Virus record (IMG/VR): IMGVR_UViG_2529292985_000032
Source: a virus
Lineage: Duplodnaviria > Heunggongvirae > Uroviricota > Caudoviricetes
Strand: one strand, 5' to 3'
Length of the DNA: 41,694 nt
The translations under genes were made by a program, and so were the position numbers. The notes under the pieces are model-generated. The model did not search any database. It had not been told where the DNA came from and saw only the letters and a list, made by a program, of their open reading frames with translations. Below, one piece after another: positions 18,467 through 27,791 of this stretch (positions are counted from its first letter, which is position 1; each line of letters opens with the position of its first letter).

Positions 18467-20937
18467 CAGAATCCCCCAACAGTAAGGCGAGGAATAACGG
18501 CAAGAACAGACAGCGGCAACGGATCAAGCTGACGGATTTTTACACGTCCGTTTTTGCCCCAGTTACTGTCCAGTTTCACTTCTACTTTTCCGGTAGCGTC
18601 ATCAACAGGATCATCGTAGAACTCGAATTCACGCTGTGGATATTCGTACCATTTACCGCCGGGAGTAGTCGCCCAGATGCCGCGACTGGCATTCACAACC
18701 AGAGTAACGGACGGGATCACCTGTTTTTTGTCCAGCAGCGTTTCCTGTCCGTTAATGTTGATATCCAGTGTTTCGAATTCAGCAGTTATTGGCAGGCCGA
18801 TGTGCACTACAGCCCCTGGTGATTCAAGCGTGACGGCACCTCCGGAAACTACTTTCTGTGGTTCCACGTTCGCATCAGAGAGGATGTTTACGGTCTGACC
18901 TTCAAGATGAGACAAGCCGCCAAATGCCCGGCACGCCATCTGCCAGTTCGTGGTGGCCACATTCCTGAGGGATGGCGGGACGTTCCTGTTAGCACGAACC
19001 ACTACAGCGGTGTTGCTGGTTACAGAAATAATGTCGCAACGTAATTCTTTTGACACTTCATCGCCAGTATCAGGATCAGTTCCGGTATAAGGGAACTGTA
19101 GTTGCGCACCGACATCACTACTGGTGAAGTACGCACCACCAGAAATACTGATTGTATATTCCACGCGGTAATCCCATTCGCCAGAACCACCAGTGATGGT
19201 CATCGTTCTGTCAGACGTATTTCTTCCATCATAGCTAAGGCCAGAATCAACAAAGAAAGCATCTTCATCGCTGGTAAATAAACGGCTGGACAGCCGCTCG
19301 ATGTATCTCACTGTTTGCCCGTTAACGGTTCGGTTAACGACGAAATACACCGCATCTTCATTGCCTTCGCTGATACTGCATGTGCTTTCATATTTTCCGG
19401 TACTGGATTGTGGTGCCCATGCAAAAACCTGCTGATCACGCAAATAGGTCATCACCAGTAATTTACCGTCATCACGAATGCAGAAGGCGCTGGAGTAAGG
19501 GACAATAGAGAAGCACCAGTCAACAATGCTGTGCTTCTGAAAAAGATGATTGGCAAGGATGGTCAGGTCGTTCCCCTGATAGCCGTCAACATCGAATGAG
19601 TAGGCCAAATCACGGACAACACTGCCTTTCTCCTGGACGAACAGAGCAATATTCGCCACGGCAATTGGTGGGACATTGCTCGAGCCATTTGATCCCTGAG
19701 AGCTGAATGCAAATGATGATGGGGTTAACACTTTGTTCTGGTCGCCGGTGATGACGTACTCACCTCCGGAAGTCAGTGCCACCAGCGAACCGACATCAAT
19801 CAGGTGGCGGATCTCATTAACCTGACGCCCGGCATAGGTGTAGATAATTCTGTCGTCATCCTGCGTAGGATTGCTTTTGCCAAAATCCTTATAATCCCCG
19901 GTACGGCTGGCCCAGATAGTCTGAGGGAACGCAGTCGATGCGGCGAAGTAAAGACGTTGTTGATAATAAACAACAGTGCCAGGATAACCATTAACACTGT
20001 TCCAGGTATATTTAGCCCATTTATAGCTGGCATTATCCTCGCCAACTACCTGCGAAGGGATATAGGAAATCACCTCGGCAGTTGCAGTAGTTCCATTTGC
20101 AGCAGTGATACGGGCAATGCCAAAACCACTGTGCAGATATTCCCACTCAATGCCAGTATCATCATCACCGGATCCGCCCCAGCCATCCCATGATGTGCCT
20201 TCTGTATGCGAAGGGCGCAAAGTACCTGTTTTGCCTGCTGTAACGGCGCGATAGTAGTTACTGTCTGCACGGCGAATATCGCCAATCGACGTACTCTTAC
20301 TGGTTTCCCATACCGGCACTGAATCCACTGCAGGCTGTTCCAGATAGAACAATTTTCCTACCTGCTCCGCGCCAAAAATAGAGGCGCTTGCCGTTAACGT
20401 AATTGTCCCGGTGCTGGCGCTGGCATAAACCGTCACTGACTCGTCAATATTGATATCTTCAAATGGCCCGTTCTTCGTTACCACATCAACCAGTTGCCAG
20501 TTGTCATGAGCATATCGGCGCAACTCTTTCGGCGGGTATGCCGGGTGAACCAGCGTAAGCACGTCGGCGCTTTGCGTGAATTTAATTCGGAACAGATCGG
20601 CTTCAGTATATGGCGTGGCAATTTCATAAATAACATTGCTGCTGTTCAGCACCAACGCACCATCTTTGATAACGCGCATGTACTGGTGTCCGAACTCCAG
20701 AGCATAGGTCTGAACCGTCGAGAACTGGAACGGGATCAGGCGGCATTTCCGATTTGGGTATTTGGCGGCACCGACAAAACGCGTACCAGGTCGATTCTCA
20801 ACGCCGCCATACTGCCGCACGATAAAGTTATCGCACTTGCGCAATGCCACCTGGTACTTCGCCATGTCAATACGCCCGTACAACGACGGTCCAATCTCAC
20901 CACCGGCAAAGCTGGGCTGGATCCAACTGATAGCCAT
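18466..20937 (-). CDS. Tail tubular protein B-like (nozzle)
   Basis: 823 aa; size and position after a ~200-aa tubular-A-like gene as in T7-like tail modules; overlapping stop/start. Confidence 0.55.
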   Translation of the reverse strand: MAISWIQPSFAGGEIGPSLYGRIDMAKYQVALRKCDNFIVRQYGGVENRPGTRFVGAAKYPNRKCRLIPFQFSTVQTYALEFGHQYMRVIKDGALVLNSSNVIYEIATPYTEADLFRIKFTQSADVLTLVHPAYPPKELRRYAHDNWQLVDVVTKNGPFEDINIDESVTVYASASTGTITLTASASIFGAEQVGKLFYLEQPAVDSVPVWETSKSTSIGDIRRADSNYYRAVTAGKTGTLRPSHTEGTSWDGWGGSGDDDTGIEWEYLHSGFGIARITAANGTTATAEVISYIPSQVVGEDNASYKWAKYTWNSVNGYPGTVVYYQQRLYFAASTAFPQTIWASRTGDYKDFGKSNPTQDDDRIIYTYAGRQVNEIRHLIDVGSLVALTSGGEYVITGDQNKVLTPSSFAFSSQGSNGSSNVPPIAVANIALFVQEKGSVVRDLAYSFDVDGYQGNDLTILANHLFQKHSIVDWCFSIVPYSSAFCIRDDGKLLVMTYLRDQQVFAWAPQSSTGKYESTCSISEGNEDAVYFVVNRTVNGQTVRYIERLSSRLFTSDEDAFFVDSGLSYDGRNTSDRTMTITGGSGEWDYRVEYTISISGGAYFTSSDVGAQLQFPYTGTDPDTGDEVSKELRCDIISVTSNTAVVVRANRNVPPSLRNVATTNWQMACRAFGGLSHLEGQTVNILSDANVEPQKVVSGGAVTLESPGAVVHIGLPITAEFETLDININGQETLLDKKQVIPSVTLVVNASRGIWATTPGGKWYEYPQREFEFYDDPVDDATGKVEVKLDSNWGKNGRVKIRQLDPLPLSVLAVIPRLTVGGF

Positions 20938-21542
20938 CAGGACAACCTCGCAATGGTAAACTCATCAACCGGTGGCTGTGGTTCCTGTGATTCATTCTGG
21001 CTATGCGAGCCAGCACTAAGAATCACGCGATTGTACATATTGAGGGCAAACGTACCGAGGTCTGCATTCCCAGTCAGCGCCATGTTAATAGCTGCCGCAA
21101 GACGCCAGGCCAACGCCTCCATAAAAATGGCATCAAACATGTTCACATCTGTAACGCGAGAGACATACTTGAGCCATGCCTGAGGCTGGTCTGTGTAGAT
21201 CAACTTTCCTGTTCCGTTGGTGTCTGCACCAACTTCGTACTGAACGCGCATTGCTGCTGTTGGATTGCGTACACCAGGAAGCATAATTTCAGTAATGCGC
21301 AGACAATCGGACGGGTACTGATACGCATATTCCCAGTCAGGCGGTGGATTGCTCGTATCTGCAAGCGACACGCGTTTGGTAGCAAAGTTCCAGTCAAAAT
21401 CAGAAAGCACAGCATCACGGCAGGCCTCAAAGTGCAGCGAACATTCCCCCGCTTCCTTGCTGGCTTCCGTCAGGCTGTTAATGCTGCGGCTATTGCCAAT
21501 ATTGGACAGCGCACGATTGCAGATCTCTACTACAGAGGCCAT
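20937..21542 (-). CDS. Tail tubular protein A-like (adaptor)
   Basis: 201 aa; position and size only. Confidence 0.45.
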   Translation of the reverse strand: MASVVEICNRALSNIGNSRSINSLTEASKEAGECSLHFEACRDAVLSDFDWNFATKRVSLADTSNPPPDWEYAYQYPSDCLRITEIMLPGVRNPTAAMRVQYEVGADTNGTGKLIYTDQPQAWLKYVSRVTDVNMFDAIFMEALAWRLAAAINMALTGNADLGTFALNMYNRVILSAGSHSQNESQEPQPPVDEFTIARLS

Positions 21543-21871
21543 TACTCACCCCCATTGCCGTACAGGGTTTCAGCCGCTGATTTTTCTACATCCCCGGAAA
21601 CAGGAGCGATCGCCATATCAGTGATCTGCAGATCGGCGCTGCGATTAACACCATCGTCAGTTTCTCTGGCAGACAGGCCTCGAATAACAGCCTTTGCAGT
21701 TATCATCACTTCTGTTCCGACGCCCTGAGGTTGCGCCTTCAGCTTATTCAATGTGTCGTTATTAAGAGTGATGCACAGCCCCCACGGGTATTCATCGCGA
21801 GTTCTGGTTTCTCCGCTCTCATCCTGGTAGCTGTCAGTGCCGGTTTTGAGGTTTACGAGTTCCATATACAC
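21542..21871 (-). CDS. Hypothetical head/neck protein
   Basis: 109 aa; start overlaps downstream gene; GGAG upstream. Confidence 0.5.
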   Translation of the reverse strand: MYMELVNLKTGTDSYQDESGETRTRDEYPWGLCITLNNDTLNKLKAQPQGVGTEVMITAKAVIRGLSARETDDGVNRSADLQITDMAIAPVSGDVEKSAAETLYGNGGE

Positions 21872-21915
21872 TCCTGCAATAAAGGGGCCGAAGCCCCTTG
21901 TCTGATTCGCGAGGC

Positions 21916-22269
21916 TTACACGCCCAGTTCTTTACGCTTATCTGCGATCTTCTCGCGGAGCGTTTCGGCTTTGGCGTTATGGTGTGGCTTCTCGTTAAAG
22001 AGCAATTCGTACTCTTCACGGAGCTTATCCAGTTCACCATCATCTGACACATCGTTGATGATTTTGGTGCTGGTTGCTGCCATAGACACCTTTCCTGCTA
22101 CCTTTGCTTTTGCCTGTCTGGCTGCATCGTTAACAGGTTCCAGTGCGCTACCAGGCTCACCTTCGTATTCGATTTCTGCCCCCTCCGGCCACAGTGTGTT
22201 ATGGATATGAGAGAGGCGCAGAACGCGGTATCTTGGTTTCTCACCTGACATCGATATCACCTTAACCAA
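21916..22269 (-). CDS. Hypothetical head-module protein
   Basis: 117 aa; overlapping start with upstream gene. Confidence 0.5.
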   Translation of the reverse strand: MVKVISMSGEKPRYRVLRLSHIHNTLWPEGAEIEYEGEPGSALEPVNDAARQAKAKVAGKVSMAATSTKIINDVSDDGELDKLREEYELLFNEKPHHNAKAETLREKIADKRKELGV

Positions 22270-22699
22270 TTACTTTTGAGCGGATCGGATACGGCGTATT
22301 GGCATCAACATCAAGACTGATACCAGCAGTGAATTCGCCAGCCGTTAGTGGGCCAGTTGCGACGGAGTAGTTAACACGCAGATATCGCTTAACACCGGCA
22401 GGCACCTTTGCAGAAACAATTCGTTTACCTGCTGTCAGGGCGGTCTTTGCCAGTGCGCCACTATCATAAATAGTGGTCCATGAGCTGTTATTCTCACTCG
22501 TCTGCAACTGGATGTTTACAGTTGCATCACCGCTTGCCGCGGCGGCTGTGTTAACCAGCGCCCAAAACTCAAGCGGGTAACCCACGCCGATATCACGATG
22601 TTTTCCGTCAATTGGACCGAGATCGATTACGTCAGTAGAAGCCGCGGTATTCGTAACCGCCTGAGCTTCGGAGAACATCAACAGTTTGTCGGTGATCAT
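22262..22699 (-). CDS. Hypothetical capsid-associated protein (possible decoration protein)
   Basis: 145 aa, directly downstream of major capsid gene. Confidence 0.5.
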   Translation of the reverse strand: MITDKLLMFSEAQAVTNTAASTDVIDLGPIDGKHRDIGVGYPLEFWALVNTAAAASGDATVNIQLQTSENNSSWTTIYDSGALAKTALTAGKRIVSAKVPAGVKRYLRVNYSVATGPLTAGEFTAGISLDVDANTPYPIRSKVIG

Positions 22700-22750
22700 C
22701 TTCTTTCTCCATTAGTGGGTCTGTTACGACCCACAGGTTAATAACAGGCG

Positions 22751-23743
22751 TTACACCACGCGGGCTTCTGTTTCCAGAAGCGCATCAGTTTCACGGATTG
22801 GTACACCACGGAATGAAGTCCACCACTCGCCTTCTGTCTCTTTTACGCTGATCGCCAGAGATGTTTTCTCCAGAGATTGCAGATCAAGAGCCTGCCCTAC
22901 AGTGCGGTTCATGTAGAACACTGGGCGCCCCATGCCACGGTTTGGAATGCGATGCAGTGCTTTAACCATCAACTTCGCAATATTTGCGGCAGAGGAAGGT
23001 TCTGAAAGATTGCTGACATCGATGTTTGCAATGCGAACGACATAACGCCAGTCACGCAGAGCAAGTCCGTTATCCCATTTGTAATGGGTACGGTAGCCTT
23101 CGTACTTGCCGCCATTAGCATCTTCCAGTGTCACTTGGCCTTTATCTTCCATCTGAATGCCAGCCTTCTGCCCTTTCGGGAAGATGCCATGCACGGTGTT
23201 TTCGCCCCACACCACTAACCAGATTGAGGTGTTATCTGTACCCGTGCCACCAGCATCAATGATGTTCTGAGCATTACCCGCAGACAGGCTGGAATAGCGG
23301 GAGGACAGTCCCATAAACTGCTGAGGGTTAACGCTGGAATCACCATAAAACAGCGTCTGCGCCATCTGCTGATTCATCGCTTCAATAAATGCTCGGTCTT
23401 CAGACAGGCGGAATTCGGCGGTATTGCCGTTCAGATCAGCCAGTGACTTATCGACCTCAGCATAGGTTTCCAGCATGCCAACGGAATCGGTGACCTGCAC
23501 TGTGGTTGATTTGCTTGGCTGTACGCCATAGTTCAGCAAACGCCAGGTAGCTGAAGGTAAACCAGAACGAATGGTGGTTCGGTGTCCGGTAGGAAGGTTC
23601 CCTTCGACAAAAGGCATATCCTGAAGGATCGGGTTAGTTTGACCGAGAAGCTCGATAATCTTATCGACTTTCCCGTTTGGATCGACGCGCTTACCCCAGT
23701 CAGCCAGCGTTAGCGCAGTTAAGCCTTTAACAGCCATTGTCAT
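22751..23743 (-). CDS. Major capsid protein (HK97-like fold)
   Basis: 330 aa immediately after the scaffold gene; recognised as epsilon15-type capsid-like sequence. Confidence 0.8.
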   Translation of the reverse strand: MTMAVKGLTALTLADWGKRVDPNGKVDKIIELLGQTNPILQDMPFVEGNLPTGHRTTIRSGLPSATWRLLNYGVQPSKSTTVQVTDSVGMLETYAEVDKSLADLNGNTAEFRLSEDRAFIEAMNQQMAQTLFYGDSSVNPQQFMGLSSRYSSLSAGNAQNIIDAGGTGTDNTSIWLVVWGENTVHGIFPKGQKAGIQMEDKGQVTLEDANGGKYEGYRTHYKWDNGLALRDWRYVVRIANIDVSNLSEPSSAANIAKLMVKALHRIPNRGMGRPVFYMNRTVGQALDLQSLEKTSLAISVKETEGEWWTSFRGVPIRETDALLETEARVV

Positions 23744-23751
23744 TTCCTCTC

Positions 23752-24453
23752 TTATTTGCCATAGAGCACTTCGGCCGCACTACGCTGGCCTTCATTACCA
23801 CCGGTGACCATGCCATCTTCAGACATCGCCTTTCCGATTTTCACGAACGTTTTGACCAGATCAGGGTGATTACCCAGCCCGGTGGCGTTCAGATACTCTT
23901 TGAGTTCAGGTGTCCCGAACTGGTCAAGCGCACGCTGTGCGGCGCTAAGGTTAGAAATCAACTTGTCGCCACCGATTTCTTTGTCAGCTTTTACATCCGC
24001 AGCCCACTGCTCGGTTGTTTTCTGCCAGGCTTCTGCCTGGCGCTGCTGAACACCTGCCAGAATCTTCGGATAAGCATCAACCAGCTTTTGCGCTTGCTCG
24101 TTGGTCAGGTTAAGTTCTCGCGCCACCGGCTCGAATTCCTTCAACGCTTCTGTATCCAGCTCTACGCCTTCAGCAGCCTGAAACTCGTACTTCTCAGGCG
24201 CACCCTCCGGTTTATCGCCGTCCTTTTTTTCACCCTGCTTATCGCTTTCAGGCTTTTTGTCATCAGCAGGTTTATCGCCATCAGCAACAGGTTGTGTCTT
24301 ATCACCTTCCTGTTGTGATGGATCACCAACTGGAGCAGGGTTATCACCTGCAGGCGCTGACGGTTCTGACGCAGCCGGAGCTGCTCCACCATCGACTGGT
24401 TGCTCATTGCAAAGACGGCGATACAGCAAACGCTCAAATAAATTCATGATCAC
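23752..24453 (-). CDS. Scaffolding protein
   Basis: 233 aa, highly acidic and low-complexity (P/E/K/D/A-rich), between portal-side genes and capsid. Confidence 0.65.
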   Translation of the reverse strand: MIMNLFERLLYRRLCNEQPVDGGAAPAASEPSAPAGDNPAPVGDPSQQEGDKTQPVADGDKPADDKKPESDKQGEKKDGDKPEGAPEKYEFQAAEGVELDTEALKEFEPVARELNLTNEQAQKLVDAYPKILAGVQQRQAEAWQKTTEQWAADVKADKEIGGDKLISNLSAAQRALDQFGTPELKEYLNATGLGNHPDLVKTFVKIGKAMSEDGMVTGGNEGQRSAAEVLYGK

Positions 24454-24746
24454 TCCTGTTCACTGGCCTCTTTGGCCATCTTCAAATACTGTTCAGGGCA
24501 ATGCGCCATAACGCGCTGAAACAGTTCCAGCGCCAGATTGCGTTGCCCCTCATTAAATGCCATTGCCATAGCGTCCATCGGTGAGATAGCGGAAAACACA
24601 CGGCCTTTCTCCAGCACCGACCATACAACGCGACGCCCCTGTTCACTGCTCATGACAAAGCGAATGTCATCAATTTCACGCTGCGCCATGTCACGTTGCT
24701 TACGGGCGTTTTCTTCTTTCAGTTGATCGTCTTCGTAATCTGTCAT
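24450..24746 (-). CDS. Hypothetical small acidic head-module protein
   Basis: 98 aa, translationally coupled between portal and scaffold genes. Confidence 0.5.
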   Translation of the reverse strand: MTDYEDDQLKEENARKQRDMAQREIDDIRFVMSSEQGRRVVWSVLEKGRVFSAISPMDAMAMAFNEGQRNLALELFQRVMAHCPEQYLKMAKEASEQE

Positions 24747-26422
24747 TGTGATTGCCCACCCTGACCACTAACTGCATTCGCCATAGCTGACAAAACACTC
24801 GGATCCGAAGTTTTAGCTTCGCTTAGCGTCTTGGCACCCTGTGCCGCCGCCATCCCCATCGCCATCATTTGTTGCTGCTGTTGTTGCTGTGCCCGTTGCT
24901 GGCGAGCCTGCTCAACCTGTTCCTGCGGAACAATGACGGTTGGAGACACTCCGGACATATCAGCGAATGCATCGATCGCCTGATCAACGTTGAGTTTGTC
25001 GAGAGCTTCTGGTTTCGCTTGCGCAAGTTGACCAATGAAGTTGACCGTAGACGCCAGACTGGACAGGCCGATAGACTTCTGCGCCTGAGCCATGACGGAA
25101 ATGTATTCGACCTTCAGGGGCATACCTTCCATCGCGTCAGGCGGTGGCGGCAGCATGTTTTTACGCACCATCATCGAGAAAGCGCGGTCAATGAGAGGAT
25201 TAAGACATTCGTCGTTCAGACGCTCCAGAACCGGCCCCAACATCAGAAGTTTTTCTTCTTTCATTTCGATCACCGCTTCAACAGGCATCGAGCGGGTATT
25301 GATGTTCTGCAACATCATGAACAGATCGACAAAGTAGGCGCTGTTAATGATTTGGCGAGTGTCCTGAATGTCTGCTACCAGATCTGCTGTACTGGGGTTA
25401 ACCAGATAAGCAGGCCTGAAACCATCCTGACCAGTAATCTGATCGATATACGTGATGTCGCCAGGAAGAAGGGAGGCGCGCTGATTCTTGAGGGAAGTCG
25501 GAGCAACCATCGGCGGATTGGTGGCTTTATCAATCAACTGCGACTTGCGCTTCTGGAGAAGCTGCAATGCCTTAACAGGTCCAAGCGCCAGCATACCCGG
25601 GCATGATGATCCATAAACATCTTCGCCGTTAACTTCCCAGCGCGGAGCCATAATTGGAAACTCATCGAATCCGGACTCACGCAACAACTTGTCGTTATCG
25701 CCACCAACCTCGTAATAAACCGATTTGAATGGCTTGTTCTTGCTATCCAGCTTCGATGTATCGCGGTCAATGTTCGGGTAAACCGAATGCATCACTTCAA
25801 TCCACTTCTCGTAGGTGCCGCTTTCCCACATGCTTTTTACGGATTCGCTGACGTTATTTAGCCCGAACTCCTGAACAAGCTGACGAACAGTCATAGAGAA
25901 CTTGCGAAAACAGGTGTCCACACTGCCACGAGGTGAGTTAGCCAGGTAGTAACTGCCTATCGGGAATGGCATTGTGCGAATGATGTCCTCGTCATCCTCC
26001 AGCACTGCCATTGCACCAGTGCTGTATGTGCCGAGGCTTCCGTATAACTGCGGCAGAGACTGATAGAGATTCGACTCATTAAACATATCGTTCATGCGGT
26101 TCTGCACCGCCTCAAGCCACAACTTAACAGGGCCATAATCCATCATTTCAGGATCTGGCGTAGCCAGGCGAAACCACGGACGCGCGGGGCTTGTGATGCC
26201 TGACATCATGCCGCTGGCGAGAGTGCGCGCCGCCATAGTCCCGGTCGAATCAATAATGCGTGTATTGCGTCGATCGTTACGGTTGACCTCAGAAGTCAGA
26301 AAGCGGGAACCACGCGGGTTGATGTAATCACTCAACTCGCGCCAGTGCGGCTCGAACGACTGACGCTCGCTTTCAAGTTGTGCGAACTGTTTGTTCAATC
26401 GCTCTTTAGTTGTTTCCGCCAT
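24743..26422 (-). CDS. Portal protein
   Basis: 559 aa; position after terminase; Q-rich C-terminal tail. Confidence 0.85.
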   Translation of the reverse strand: MAETTKERLNKQFAQLESERQSFEPHWRELSDYINPRGSRFLTSEVNRNDRRNTRIIDSTGTMAARTLASGMMSGITSPARPWFRLATPDPEMMDYGPVKLWLEAVQNRMNDMFNESNLYQSLPQLYGSLGTYSTGAMAVLEDDEDIIRTMPFPIGSYYLANSPRGSVDTCFRKFSMTVRQLVQEFGLNNVSESVKSMWESGTYEKWIEVMHSVYPNIDRDTSKLDSKNKPFKSVYYEVGGDNDKLLRESGFDEFPIMAPRWEVNGEDVYGSSCPGMLALGPVKALQLLQKRKSQLIDKATNPPMVAPTSLKNQRASLLPGDITYIDQITGQDGFRPAYLVNPSTADLVADIQDTRQIINSAYFVDLFMMLQNINTRSMPVEAVIEMKEEKLLMLGPVLERLNDECLNPLIDRAFSMMVRKNMLPPPPDAMEGMPLKVEYISVMAQAQKSIGLSSLASTVNFIGQLAQAKPEALDKLNVDQAIDAFADMSGVSPTVIVPQEQVEQARQQRAQQQQQQQMMAMGMAAAQGAKTLSEAKTSDPSVLSAMANAVSGQGGQSQ

Positions 26423-26436
26423 TTCAATGACTCCGG

Positions 26437-26643
26437 TTACTGACCAAGTAGCGTTTTACCGCTGGTATTAGCGGTTGATGTGTCGCCCTGAGAACCGGTA
26501 AGCAGCGTAGAACTACGACCAGCAGCAGCGCGACGGCGACGAGTTTCTTCGTCGCGGGCATCAACAACGGCGGCATCCTGCTCCTGTGGTGCTGCCTGAA
26601 CTTCTGGTGTTGCAGGCACTGATGGTGAGCTACCCATGCACAT
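26437..26643 (-). CDS. Hypothetical small hydrophilic protein upstream of portal
   Basis: 68 aa, A/S/T/E/R-rich; 14-nt gap to portal start; overlapping 79-aa alternative ORF less protein-like. Confidence 0.4.
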   Translation of the reverse strand: MCMGSSPSVPATPEVQAAPQEQDAAVVDARDEETRRRRAAAGRSSTLLTGSQGDTSTANTSGKTLLGQ

Positions 26644-26711
26644 ATCAATGACTCCGTACGCAATTAAATTATTACCAATTTAACCACATATGATTTATTT
26701 ATCGTAGTCGG

Positions 26712-26748
26712 TTGACATTTAACGCACGAATTATTACCTTTCAGGTAA
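26712..26748 (+). promoter_or_regulatory. Promoter-like TTGACA followed by operator palindrome TTACC-TTTCA-GGTAA (26734-26748)
   Basis: Consensus -35 hexamer at 26712-26717; palindrome overlaps the expected -10 region; upstream of noncoding leader and tRNA. Confidence 0.45.
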
Positions 26749-27070
26749 CCAAAAAGTTCATTCCGGTTACTAACCTGACTGGCTTGTCGTTAAATTGAAC
26801 AGGTGGAGTGAGCTTTTATTTTGAGCAGTACGGCGTATGGCACATGCGCCGATAGCGGCCTGGATACGTTTAAGGGGCACCCTCCCTTGCTCGGGCAAAC
26901 GAACCAGGTAGCCGGAATGTGCAAGTCGAGCGGTTTTATTCCGCGCACGGGGATTCACCATCCCGGCGATTCGGTGTGACGCCTCGGAAGAGACGAGGGT
27001 ACAACGATGAGAGCATTTATGGAGCCGCGACAAAGTGTGGTGCCTTAACAGGCTAAGTGCTCTCAGCGTT

Positions 27071-27147
27071 GTGGCATTAGCTCAGTCGGACAGAGCAACC
27101 GCCTTCTAAGCGGTTGGTCGCAGGTTCGAATCCTGCATGCCACGCCA
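27071..27147 (+). tRNA. tRNA-Arg, anticodon UCU (27105-27107), decodes AGA
   Basis: 77 nt cloverleaf: acceptor GTGGCAT/ATGCCAC, D-arm GCTC/GAGC, anticodon stem ACCGC/GCGGT with loop CTTCTAA, T-arm GCAGG-TTCGAAT-CCTGC, discriminator G and encoded CCA. Confidence 0.9.
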
Positions 27148-27190
27148 GAATCACGCCTAAGGACCGTGATGCCAGAAGTTCCAGTGCTTG

Positions 27191-27233
27191 GCGGTGATGG
27201 TTTCCCTTGAAGGACTATCACCGCACTTTTTAC
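27191..27233 (+). terminator. Terminator-like hairpin downstream of the tRNA
   Basis: GCGGTGAT ... ATCACCGC 8-bp stem with structured loop, followed by ACTTTTTAC. Confidence 0.45.
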
Positions 27234-27309
27234 AGCAGGACGCCATTGCGATGACTTCATGCTGTAAACCCGTACATCCACGGAAGGAAGAACTCATTGC
27301 TTCCAGTTC

Positions 27310-27333
27310 GCCCGGTTCGCCGGGCATTTTTTT
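27310..27333 (+). terminator. Rho-independent terminator just upstream of the 27345 gene
   Basis: GCCCGG-TTCG-CCGGGC then ATTTTTTT; the gene's Shine-Dalgarno follows immediately. Confidence 0.65.
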
Positions 27334-27344
27334 AAGGTGAGATT

Positions 27345-27701
27345 ATGAACGACCAGCAAATCGAAAAAGAAATCGTTGAGAAAGGCAAAACGGCACCGCG
27401 AGTTACGCCTCAATATATCGAAAGCATCATTCTTGAAGAGCATTTCTTTACTGCTTATGACGGCATTCGTGCCGCCAATATGGGCGTTGGCGATTCATGG
27501 ACAGCGCATAACTCTACAGACCTCCTGACTTTCTGCGTACTGGTGCTGAAGAATGGCTTCACCGTCACCGGAGAGAGTGCCTGTGCAAGCCAGGAAAACT
27601 TTGATGCAGAAATTGGTCGGAAGATTGCCCGGCAGAATGCTGTAAACAAAATCTGGATGCTCGAAGGTTACTTGCTGAAGCAGAAGCTAAGCGAGCAATA
27701 A
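27345..27701 (+). CDS. Conserved hypothetical phage accessory protein (118 aa)
   Basis: AAGGTGAG Shine-Dalgarno 4 nt before ATG; terminator downstream; plus-strand unit embedded between terminase and portal. Confidence 0.7.
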   Translation: MNDQQIEKEIVEKGKTAPRVTPQYIESIILEEHFFTAYDGIRAANMGVGDSWTAHNSTDLLTFCVLVLKNGFTVTGESACASQENFDAEIGRKIARQNAVNKIWMLEGYLLKQKLSEQ

Positions 27702-27704
27702 CAC

Positions 27705-27718
27705 CGTGACATGTCACA
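27705..27718. repeat. 14-bp element CGTGACATGTCACA (palindromic core), copy 2
   Basis: Identical 14-mer also at 29970-29983; this copy lies 3 nt after the 27345 gene stop and just downstream of terminase large stop. Confidence 0.8.
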
Positions 27719-27721
27719 AAC

Positions 27722-27750
27722 AGCCAGCCGATGAGCTGGCTTTGTTTTAT
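27722..27750 (+). terminator. Rho-independent terminator
   Basis: AGCCAGC-CGATGA-GCTGGCT followed by TTGTTTTAT. Confidence 0.6.
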
Positions 27751-27791
27751 CCTCGCCAGAGGATATCAGCAGCATTATCCCCTCCAACGGA

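Noticed and set aside
20494-21728. Plus-strand ORFs of 229 and 241 aa overlapping tail tubular genes
   Set aside because: Antisense to well-supported, tightly packed minus-strand genes; no independent start signals.
21882-22734. GC-rich stem-loops after the capsid-side genes (21882-21899 and 22715-22734)
   Set aside because: Probably ordinary intercistronic mRNA-stabilising or attenuating hairpins in the head operon; no sign of a separate element.
24869-25606. 245-aa plus-strand ORF inside the portal gene
   Set aside because: Antisense shadow ORF of the portal gene; His/Arg/Leu-rich nonsense-like product.
26770-27033. 87-aa minus-strand ORF in the region upstream of the tRNA
   Set aside because: Arg-rich low-complexity translation, no ribosome-binding site seen, lies in GC-rich sequence better explained as a noncoding leader of the plus-strand tRNA unit.
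27071-27147. tRNA-Arg as the prophage integration site
   Set aside because: It lies deep inside the prophage, 13 kb from the integrase and flanked by phage genes on both sides.
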